DNA of 64,000 nucleotides from an uncultured Spirochaetales bacterium (GTDB lineage Bacteria; Spirochaetota; Spirochaetia; Sphaerochaetales; Sphaerochaetaceae): NCBI GenBank assembly GCA_944393005.1, contig CALXYO010000003.1, positions 103,740 to 167,739 of the forward strand, read 5' to 3'. Shown piece by piece: positions 39,507 to 47,255 of this stretch (position 1 is its first letter; each line of letters starts with the position of its first letter). The notes under the pieces were generated by a model. It saw only the letters and a program-made list of their open reading frames with translations, ran no database searches and was not told where the DNA came from. The position numbers and the translations under genes were made by a program.

Positions 39507-40478
39507 ATGCTTATAGATTTACACTGCGATACGATATACAGTTTGTGGGAAGGAAAGGGAGATGGAGATCTGGTTTCATCTTCCCTTTCAGTTGACAGGA
39601 AAAAGCTTGAAGGCACAGGCTCTGCTGCCCAGTGCTTTGCGCTTTTCACTCCGATGCATGAGCATCTGGGTGAAAGGGACAGAAGCAAGTCTCCATGGCA
39701 GGTGCTGAATGAACTTCATGACAGGTTTGTAAGTGAAACGGAAAAAGCCGGTATACCGCAGATGAGAAAGGTTTCTGATCTTTCCGATGGCGGGATACAT
39801 GCTGTTCTCACCACTGAGGAAGGGGCATCGATTGAAGGCGACATATCCCGTCTTGAAATCCTGAAAGAGTGGGGAGTAAAGATATTCGGCCTAACATGGA
39901 ACCATGAAAACGAACTGGCTTATCCAAATACGGAAGGAAGTCCTTTTGCTTTTGACAGACAGCTGATGGAAAAAGGGTTGAAAGATAAGGGGTTCGAAGC
40001 CGTGGAGGAATGTTCCAGACTGGGAATAATTATTGATGTTTCCCATCTGAATGACGGTGGCTTCATGGATGTTGCATCAATTGTGAAAGGCCCATTCGTC
40101 GCCACTCATTCCAATGCAAGAAGCGTCACTGAGGTCACGAGAAATCTTACAGATGAACAGCTGAGGATCCTTGCGGATCACGGCGGTGTCACCGGGCTCA
40201 ATTTCTGTTCTGCCTTCCTTTCTGATGACAAGAAAGGGGAAAGCCGTATAAGCGATATGGTGCGTCATGTGATGCATATATATAAGACTGCAGGTGAGGA
40301 TGTGCTGGCAATCGGAACTGACTTTGACGGCATTGACGGAAAGCTTGAAATCCCGTCTTCAGACAAGATGTATCTTCTTCACGATGCCCTGATTGCTGCA
40401 GGACTCAGTGAAAGGATTCTCGACAAGATGTGGTATGAGAATGCTCTGAGAGTTTTCAGGTCAGCTGAGAACGACTGA
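39507..40478 (+). CDS. Membrane dipeptidase family (M19) peptidase
   Basis: DLHCDT, LTTEEG, LTWNHEN, IDVSHL, ATHSN, IGTDFDG. Confidence 0.9.
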   Translation: MLIDLHCDTIYSLWEGKGDGDLVSSSLSVDRKKLEGTGSAAQCFALFTPMHEHLGERDRSKSPWQVLNELHDRFVSETEKAGIPQMRKVSDLSDGGIHAVLTTEEGASIEGDISRLEILKEWGVKIFGLTWNHENELAYPNTEGSPFAFDRQLMEKGLKDKGFEAVEECSRLGIIIDVSHLNDGGFMDVASIVKGPFVATHSNARSVTEVTRNLTDEQLRILADHGGVTGLNFCSAFLSDDKKGESRISDMVRHVMHIYKTAGEDVLAIGTDFDGIDGKLEIPSSDKMYLLHDALIAAGLSERILDKMWYENALRVFRSAEND

Positions 40479-40812
40479 TGAAGTGGGTTGAATATTTTCT
40501 TTCAATATAAGGTGAGCCGCTTTTTGAGAAGCGGAGCACCTTTTCTTTGTGCTTATATATTGTTGTACTTTCCTTGTAACCTCTTTCTTCTGCATAAGAA
40601 GACATTTCATCAAGTACTGTATTCAGTTTGCTGAGGTTTGCCGTACAGACTCTTTCAAGATATGGAACACGGCCGGAGAGAAAATCATTGATATCTTTCT
40701 TTTTCAGATAATCAAGATCAAGGAGAATATCGACAGGACGCACAAAACCTTCTGCACTGCAGTGCCTGTCCATCATGGTTCTGACTTTCATATTGAGATC
40801 CGTATTGTTCAT
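40456..40812 (-). CDS. Conserved hypothetical protein, originally coupled to the GNAT gene
   Basis: 118 aa; ATG overlaps (ATGA) the stop of the displaced GNAT 3' fragment. Confidence 0.65.
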   Translation of the reverse strand: MNNTDLNMKVRTMMDRHCSAEGFVRPVDILLDLDYLKKKDINDFLSGRVPYLERVCTANLSKLNTVLDEMSSYAEERGYKESTTIYKHKEKVLRFSKSGSPYIERKYSTHFISRSQLT

Positions 40813-40871
40813 TCCAGCACCTTTTTCATGAAGATTGTCCTGTCAAGCGGACTGTCGTTGTAGCAGTCCGT
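40809..40871 (-). pseudogene. 3' fragment of the IS-interrupted GNAT acetyltransferase
   Basis: Reads TDCYNDSPLDRTIFMKKVLE* immediately beyond the IS right end; in-frame continuation of ...LGFIY at 43364. Confidence 0.9.
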
Positions 40872-41065
40872 GTGAACTACCACCACCTTAAAAGGTGGAA
40901 GCTTCGCCCTTCAACGGTCCATGACAATCGAGATTGCCTTTCATGAAGGCCTTTTCAATTGCTCTTCGGATCTCAGGTGCGCTTGTTTCGGTGCGTCCCA
41001 CACCTACATTGTTTTCATAGAACCAGATCATGTTGCGGGCAGCATGGACATCCCTGTCCATGTCA
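40872..41065 (-). ncRNA. Putative TnpB omega-RNA (reRNA) scaffold overlapping the tnpB 3' end
   Basis: Canonical position. Hairpins on the plus strand: CATGGACA/TGTCCATG (41043-41062), GCCTT/AAGGC (40936-40950), CAATC/GATTG (40925-40936) and the RE hairpin. The 5' boundary is an estimate. Confidence 0.55.
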
Positions 41066-42142
41066 TCAGCGCCACAGTCGCAATGATAAATCCTGTCACT
41101 CAGGGAAAGGCTGTTCAGCTTCCCGCAATGGGGACAGAATCTTGTGCTCGGCACTGCCTTGTTGAGAACGACGACATCATCCCTCCTCATGAGATCGCTC
41201 TTGACTCTGCCAAGGACTGAATGCTGGACATGTCCTGCAAACCATCCCTTATGCCAGTGTGTGAGCATCTCATCCTGGATGACCACTGTCCTGTTCTCTA
41301 CAAGTCCTGCAACGATTGCAGTTTGTCATCTTCTGGTATTCAACCCTTATCAGATGGAGAGTACGTGCATGACGCCTTGAGCCTTTTATCTGCCGGGCAA
41401 GTTTCTTCTGAAGCCTTTTGAGCCGCTCACTTTCTTGCACCGATGCATGTATCTTCTCTCATTCCGATGTGGTGAAGTCGGTCTCAATGCCGAAATCGAC
41501 ACCGATGACCTTGTTGTTCTTGCGTTTTGATTCGACCTTGTCCTTGTCAATCCAGCAGGTGACAGCCATGTAGTGGCCATCAGGCCTGTTGAGAAGCTTG
41601 ACATTAGCAATCTCATAATCTGGATTGCCATAGAACTGGTCCATTCCGTTCACTTTGAGCAGTCCTTTGATTCCCTGGAGCTTTATCCGGTTCATGCGTG
41701 GAATCTTGTGTGTCACGCCGAACTGTTTGAAGTCGAGGGATCTCAGCTCGCTGATGTATTTCAGGGAACCGACCTTCAAGCCTTTCTTCTTCCTTGCGGC
41801 AAGCACCCTTATGGAGTTCTTTATCTGGGCGTGTATCGTCTGTCTCAATGACTGGGGAAGATAGGCATACTCACATTCGATGTCGTTGCCATCCTTGTCC
41901 TTGTGGACAACAGTCTTTGATTTCGTGTCATAATCAAAGATGGAGGATGACTCGCCGGAATTGAGGATGGCATTGTAGCACCGCTTGCCTTCGACAAAGA
42001 GCATCTTCAGTTCTTCTTTCTGTCTTGCAGTGAGCTTGTTCCTCTGTATCTTGCACTGGAAGACACGGCAGACCTGACTCTCACGTTTTTCACGTGTCGC
42101 CTTCTTTGACTGGGCGATCTTCCTGTTCTTTTCAATGTTCAT
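40888..42142 (-). pseudogene. tnpB: IS200/IS605 TnpB RNA-guided endonuclease, inactivated
   Basis: RuvC-I GVDFG, RuvC-II region VIQDE, zinc finger CPHCG/CDCG, RuvC-III DRDVHAARN. In-frame TGA at 41459-41461 (TTSE*EKIH) and a frameshifting deletion near 41320 (KMTN / AIVAGLVEN). Confidence 0.92.
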
Positions 42143-42152
42143 ACAACAGTAC

Positions 42153-42368
42153 TCAGGCTTTGTATTCAGCTTCTTTCTCTGCCGCAAGCTCAGCTTTCAC
42201 ATCATCGGAAAGAGTGAGGGAGAAAGGAATTCTCTGCTGCATCACAACCTGACTCAGATAGAGATTCACTCCTGCTGTGAGAGTAAGTCCAAGTGATGAG
42301 AATATTTTCTCTGCTTCTTCTTTCACCTTTCTGTTCAATCTCATTGATATCATGATCGTATCTTTCAT
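42153..42368 (-). CDS. RelB/DinJ-family ribbon-helix-helix antitoxin-like protein, no toxin partner
   Basis: ISMRLNRKVKEEAEKIFSSLGLTLTAGVNLYL...RIPF; AGGAG RBS; stop 10 bp before the tnpB ATG. Confidence 0.85.
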   Translation of the reverse strand: MKDTIMISMRLNRKVKEEAEKIFSSLGLTLTAGVNLYLSQVVMQQRIPFSLTLSDDVKAELAAEKEAEYKA

Positions 42369-42394
42369 AAGTCAGTCTCCTTTTTTATAAGTCA

Positions 42395-42423
42395 ATACTA
42401 GCATAAATACAAATAATATGCAA
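42395..42423 (-). promoter_or_regulatory. Sigma70-like promoter for relB-like/tnpB
   Basis: TTGCAT-17 bp-TAGTAT on the minus strand. Confidence 0.45.
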
Positions 42424-42540
42424 TATAAATCAAATTATAATATATACAATAAATATACATACATCATATATTGATTTTCTTTTATAGTGATGAGACTGTG
42501 TATGATAAAATGAATATGCCATAAGGGAGAAGGAGATATC

Positions 42541-43317
42541 ATGGCATATTTCAGCTATGGAAAGAAACATATCTATTACGAAGAACACGGCAAAGGGACA
42601 CCTGTAATCTTCTGTCATGGCAACACTGCCTCTTCAAGGATGTTCTCTCTTCTCATGCCTCTTTACGAAAATAACCTGCATTGCATCCTCATCGACTTCC
42701 TCGGCTGTGGCAGGTCCGACAGGACTGCATCGTTTCCATCCGACATATGGATTGACGAGGCAAGGCAGGTTGACTGTCTTGCTCAGTATCTGGAGCTTGA
42801 TGAAGTCTCTCTTATAGGCACAAGCGGCGGAGCATGGGTGGCAATAAATGCGGCAATGATGATGAAAGGCAGAGTGTCTACACTGATCGCCGACTCATTC
42901 GACGGCCGTACATTGAACATCAATTTCTCTTCAAACTTGATAAAGGAAAGAGAAAGTACAATGAAAGATGAAGAGGCAAGAAGATTATATGAATGGTGCC
43001 TTGGTTCTGACTGGGAGGACATTGTCCAGAAAGATACGAAAGCTCTTCTCGAGTGTGCAGCTTCGGGGACTTCGCTGTTTGTATCTCCGCTATCTGCAAT
43101 AGAGTGTCCTGTTTTTCTGACGGGTTCTGCTGAAGACCTGATGTGCCGCAGCGGCATGGAAGAGGAATATGAGGAAATGAGGGAGATGATGGGCAATGCC
43201 TCGATCCATATGTTCTCACATGGAGGCCATCCTGCAATACTCAGCAATGCAGAGGAATTCGCTGAGATTTCAAAGGATTTCATCAAGAGACATGTGCCTC
43301 TTCAGATGATGACGTGA
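42541..43317 (+). CDS. Alpha/beta-fold hydrolase (passenger inside the IS element)
   Basis: HGNTAS, DFLGCGRS, GTSGG nucleophile, GSAED, GGHP; the stop codon lies 9 nt from the left-end hairpin. Confidence 0.9.
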   Translation: MAYFSYGKKHIYYEEHGKGTPVIFCHGNTASSRMFSLLMPLYENNLHCILIDFLGCGRSDRTASFPSDIWIDEARQVDCLAQYLELDEVSLIGTSGGAWVAINAAMMMKGRVSTLIADSFDGRTLNINFSSNLIKERESTMKDEEARRLYEWCLGSDWEDIVQKDTKALLECAASGTSLFVSPLSAIECPVFLTGSAEDLMCRSGMEEEYEEMREMMGNASIHMFSHGGHPAILSNAEEFAEISKDFIKRHVPLQMMT

Positions 43318-43363
43318 TTCACCTGACCACCCTGAATGGTGGCAGCTATCTCACGGATTTGTT

Positions 43364-43786
43364 GTATATAAAGCCCAGCTTTTCATACAGCCTTATTGCA
43401 TCAGAGAGTTCGGGGAGGGTATCAAGATAGATTTCCCTGTAACCGGTCTTTTGGGCATCCTCAAGTATTCTCCCACACAGCATACCGGCAATACCGTTAC
43501 CTCTGAACTCTGGTCTGACATAGAGCCTTTTCAGCTCACATCTGTCATCTGACAGAGGGCGGAGTGCTATGCATCCTGCAGTTTTGCCGTCATGAATGGC
43601 GAGATACAGCCTGCCATTTGGCATGGCATATTTTGCTGCAGGATCCAGAGCTTCATCATCATAGTGCTGGATATCAAGATAGATTGAGAAAGACGGGTCA
43701 ATTGATACAAGCATTGCTGTGTATTCGCTGAATAATGATTTTATTTCATCAATGTGATCGTATGCCTCAGTCAGTTGTGTCATCAA
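43364..43786 (-). pseudogene. 5' part (141 codons) of a GNAT acetyltransferase interrupted by the IS
   Basis: GCIALR, CELKRLYVRPEFRGNGIAG, AIRLYEKLGF; the annotated tail NKSVR* is IS-derived. Confidence 0.9.
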
Positions 43787-43936
43787 GTGCTCATCTTAAA
43801 CTATTTTAATGTTTTTTGCATGGTTTACCGGACACAATGCGTGTATGGAAAATTTTCATGAGGAAAAATATAATCTGAAAATGAAAACGGCATTATATTA
43901 TCTGTATAATCTTGGTAAAACACAGGAGATGAAATA

Positions 43937-44275
43937 ATGGTATTTTTCGACAAAGACATTAAGACAAACGTGCTTGATGAGAAATCATCAAGGAAGATCC
44001 TTGCACATGATGACGACCTCATGGTCTGCCATCTCTGGTTCAAGAAAGACGGAGTCGGTTCCCTTCACCAGCATCCGCATACACAGATCGCCTATATTCT
44101 GAAAGGCAGATTTGAATTCAATGTGGAAGGCGAGAAGACTGTTGTCACAGCAGGCGACAGCATCTATATCCCCGGCAATGCGGAGCATGGACTTGTGTGC
44201 CTTGAAGAAGGTGAGCTCCTTGACATCTTCACACCGGAAAGAAAAGACTTCCTCGGTGTCGATGATGTGATCTGA
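43937..44275 (+). CDS. Cupin domain protein (KdgF-like)
   Basis: SRKILAH, HQHPHTQ, HGLVCLEEG, DIFTPERKDF. Confidence 0.8.
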   Translation: MVFFDKDIKTNVLDEKSSRKILAHDDDLMVCHLWFKKDGVGSLHQHPHTQIAYILKGRFEFNVEGEKTVVTAGDSIYIPGNAEHGLVCLEEGELLDIFTPERKDFLGVDDVI

Positions 44276-44303
44276 TATAAAAATTATGTGGACCCGGTAA
44301 GTC

Positions 44304-44851
44304 TTAGAACTTATCGAGTCCATCAGGTTCAGCTTTTTTCAAAGCAGATCTTGCTTTTACAAGTTTATCTGCAAAATCGATTGTATTACCAGTTGGTGGT
44401 ATTGAGAAGGAAAATAAGGTTACAGGTTTGCCGTTTTTCAATTCCTGTCCAAGATAAAGTTCTCCAAGTCGTAATATATCCATACCTATAAGGATTTTGA
44501 ATGCGCTTGTTTTAAATTGTCCAGCTGTAGCCAGCTTGACGGCGACACTCATGGATCCCATCAAATGCAGGTTAAATGAAAACATGTCTACAACAGATGT
44601 TCCGTGTACACCATTGACAGAACATTTTGAAATAGGGAGAAGCTGTAGATTTTTTGCAACTTCCATATCAATCGCACTTACAGTAGCTCCTGTATCAATC
44701 AACGCATATGTGTTGTACATTTTTGTATTCCATCTGAACACAGACTTGGTGAGGTCTGGATTGTTACCGGAATAATTATGGATTTCAGGTATGGATCTTC
44801 ATTCCTGATAGTAATTGCACCGCCATATTTCAGCCAATCTTCATAATTCAT
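44304..44851 (-). pseudogene. Retropepsin-like (clan AA) aspartyl protease with an apparent 1-nt frameshift
   Basis: ALIDTGAT and ILIGMDIL lie in one frame. The coupled start (ATG 44851, MNYEDWLKY...IIIPVTIQ) lies in another. The frames switch at an A5 run (44720-44724). Confidence 0.75.
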
Positions 44852-45093
44852 CAGAAAAATACCGCCTTGTTGTAGTACTGTACCGGCTCAAAATCTTTCA
44901 GACACTGCTGAATGAGAAACTCTCCGGCTTTTTTTTCATTTAAAGCATGTTCCAATGCCTCGTCGAAAGTATCAAATACACCCAATAGTGCTTCATTGGA
45001 AATGACTGCAAATTTATCAGGATATTTCTGATATAAGGATTCTCGATTCTTTTCGAACCATTCATAATCTTTTTTCTGTCTGGCCTTGCTCAT
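44851..45093 (-). CDS. DUF5678-like small protein
   Basis: YEWFEKNRESLYQKYPDKFAVI...GVFDTFDEAL; GCAGGAG RBS; stop overlaps the protease ATG. Confidence 0.65.
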   Translation of the reverse strand: MSKARQKKDYEWFEKNRESLYQKYPDKFAVISNEALLGVFDTFDEALEHALNEKKAGEFLIQQCLKDFEPVQYYNKAVFF

Positions 45094-45324
45094 TATTATC
45101 TCCTGCTTATATGTGATTAAAATTTGCATGATATTGTTCATACTGTCAAATTTCATTTAGTATTATTTTTAAGATATATGCACTATTTCCCACGTGTTAG
45201 GAATATTCGGATTCCGTGTGTTTTTTTGAATAGCACAGATAGCATTAAATTTTACACCGGAATAAAAGTTCTTCCATGGTGTAGATGATGTGATATTGGA
45301 TTTATAATTTGTTGTATTGTAAAG

Positions 45325-45354
45325 AAAAAGCATGCAAACGTGTGCATGCTTTTT
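45325..45354. terminator. Bidirectional-type intrinsic terminator after the ABC exporter operon
   Basis: AAAAAGCATGCA-aacgtg-TGCATGCTTTTT. Confidence 0.75.
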
Positions 45355-45362
45355 TAGTGTGT

Positions 45363-47255
45363 TCAGCCTGTAAGCTTTTCAGGATTGTTGCCCGTATATA
45401 GCTGATAGTAACGGCCTTTCTGGGCAATGAGCTCATCATGGGTGCCGCGCTCTATGATGCGTCCCTGTTCCATGACCATGATGCAGTCCGCATTCTTTAC
45501 AGTTGAAAGCCTGTGGGCGATCACGAATGAGGTTCTGCCGGCCATGAGTGCATCCATGCCTTTCTGGACAAGTGCCTCCGTTCTGGTGTCGATCGAACTT
45601 GTGGCTTCGTCGAGAATCAGGACGGGAGGATCCGCAACTGCGGCACGCGCGATTGAAAGCATCTGCCTCTGTCCCTGTGACAGGGCCGCACCGCTTCCGG
45701 TAAGCACTGTGTTGTACCCCTCGGGAAGGCGTGAGATGAAGTCATCTGCGTTGGCAAGCTTTGCAGCGGCTATGCATTCCTCATCTGTGGCTTCAAGACG
45801 TCCGTATCTTATGTTCTCCATGACGGTGCCGGTGAAGAGGCTCGTATCCTGAAGGACGATGCCGAGGCTGCGTCTGAGATCCGGTTTCTTTATTTTGTTT
45901 ATATTGATGTTGTCATAGCGGATCTTGCCGTCCTGAATGTCATAGAAGCGGTTGATGAGATTTGTTATAGTGGTTTTTCCTGCACCGGTTGAACCTACAA
46001 GGGCGATCTTCTGGCCCGGATGGGCGTACATCTTTATGTCATGCAGCACCATCTTGTCATCAGTATAGCCGAAATCGACACCGAGGAAGGTGATTTCGCC
46101 CTGCAGCTTTGTGTAAGTCACGCTGCCGTCCGCCTGATGTGGATGCCTCCATGCCCAGATGTTTGTCTTGTCTTTTGTCTCGATGAGCTTTCCGTCCCTG
46201 TCTTCTTTCGCATTGACAAGCTCGACATAGCCGTTGTCCTTCTCCGGTTCCTCATCCATGAGGGAAAAGAGCCTGTCGGCACCGGCTGATGCCATCACGA
46301 CGCTGTTGACCTGCATGCTGAGCTGTGTCACAGGCTGTGTGAAACCCTTGTTGAGGTTGAGGAAGGCTATGAGTGTTCCGATCGTGAGACCTGCATGCCC
46401 GCTGAGGGCAAGATAACCCCCGAGGATGGCACACAGCACATAGCTTATGTTTCCGATGTTCGCGTTCAGCGGCATCGAGATGCTGGCGATGAGGTTCGCC
46501 TTGTATGCGCTTTCCCTGAGCTCCTCATTCAGTACTCTGAACTGTTCAACCGCCTTCTTCTCATGGCAGAAAACCTTCACGACTTTCTGTCCTTCCATCA
46601 TCTCCTCGATATAGCCGTTCACCCTGCCGAGGTCTTTCTGCTGGGAAACGAAGTATCTGCTTGAAAGCTTTGACAGGCGGGTGGTGGAGAAAAGCATGAG
46701 GCATACCATTGCAAGCGTGATTATTGTCAGCGGGATGTCCAGCACGATCATGCTGATGAATGTAGAGATCAGCGTGATGCAGGAATTGACCATCTGCGGC
46801 ATCACCTGGCTTACGAGCTGGCGCAGTGTGTCGATATCGTTGGTGTATACAGACATTATATCGCCGTGCGCATGTGTGTCGAAGTATTTGATGGGAAGAC
46901 TTTCCATGTTGCTGAAAAGATCCTTCCTCAGCCGGTTGAGAGTTCCCTGCGTGACATTAACCATAACTCTGTTGTAGGTGTAGGCACATATGATACCGCA
47001 AGCGAGCACTGCTATGAGCTTCATTATCGCATGGGCGAGGGGAACGTAATCCTTTACTGCGCTCAGCGTCAGGGGAATGATGTAGTCGTCGACAAGAACT
47101 TCCATGAAAAGTGTCATTGTAAGTGTTGTCAGCGAGCTTCCGATGATACCGAGCAGAACCACGAGACAGGAGAACTTGTAATGCGAGAGGACGTATGAGA
47201 GAACCCTCATCACTTCTTTCATGGGATTTATTTTCTTCTTTTCCATTTTCCTCAC
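45363..47255 (-). CDS. ABC exporter, fused TMD-NBD (heterodimer subunit B)
   Basis: GSTGAGKT, LSQGQRQ, LDEATSSIDT, IAHRLST. Confidence 0.92.
   Translation of the reverse strand: MRKMEKKKINPMKEVMRVLSYVLSHYKFSCLVVLLGIIGSSLTTLTMTLFMEVLVDDYIIPLTLSAVKDYVPLAHAIMKLIAVLACGIICAYTYNRVMVNVTQGTLNRLRKDLFSNMESLPIKYFDTHAHGDIMSVYTNDIDTLRQLVSQVMPQMVNSCITLISTFISMIVLDIPLTIITLAMVCLMLFSTTRLSKLSSRYFVSQQKDLGRVNGYIEEMMEGQKVVKVFCHEKKAVEQFRVLNEELRESAYKANLIASISMPLNANIGNISYVLCAILGGYLALSGHAGLTIGTLIAFLNLNKGFTQPVTQLSMQVNSVVMASAGADRLFSLMDEEPEKDNGYVELVNAKEDRDGKLIETKDKTNIWAWRHPHQADGSVTYTKLQGEITFLGVDFGYTDDKMVLHDIKMYAHPGQKIALVGSTGAGKTTITNLINRFYDIQDGKIRYDNININKIKKPDLRRSLGIVLQDTSLFTGTVMENIRYGRLEATDEECIAAAKLANADDFISRLPEGYNTVLTGSGAALSQGQRQMLSIARAAVADPPVLILDEATSSIDTRTEALVQKGMDALMAGRTSFVIAHRLSTVKNADCIMVMEQGRIIERGTHDELIAQKGRYYQLYTGNNPEKLTG

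Larger units (their letters stand above)
40872..43363 (-). mobile_element. Non-autonomous IS200/IS605-family element (2492 bp) carrying an alpha/beta hydrolase, a RelB-like gene and a tnpB pseudogene
   Basis: Minus strand. Left end: ATAC|AACAAATCCGTGAG-ATAG-CTG-CCACC-ATTCAG-GGTGG. Right end: GAAG-CTT-CCACC-TTTTAA-GGTGG-TGGTAGT-TCAC|. No target duplication; excision restores the GNAT ORF. Confidence 0.9.

Noticed and set aside
40456-40812. Cognate toxin of the RelB-like gene
   Set aside because: It lies outside the IS ends, was coupled to the GNAT gene and shows no RelE/YafQ-like pattern
43314-43363. Hairpin followed by TCAC read as a second right end or a ~50-bp MITE
   Set aside because: Its guide ATAG predicts ATAC, not TCAC, and the GNAT continuation lies beyond 40872, so this is the left end of the 2.5-kb element
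40872-43363. IStron (group I intron-IS chimera) that could splice out of the GNAT mRNA
   Set aside because: No room or recognisable core for a group I intron at the left end, which is occupied by an antisense CDS, and the element ends in C rather than a terminal G
45253-45283. Interrupted hairpin TACACC-GGAA...TTCC-AT-GGTGTA as a mobile-element end
   Set aside because: No partner end, guide/cleavage motif or second copy
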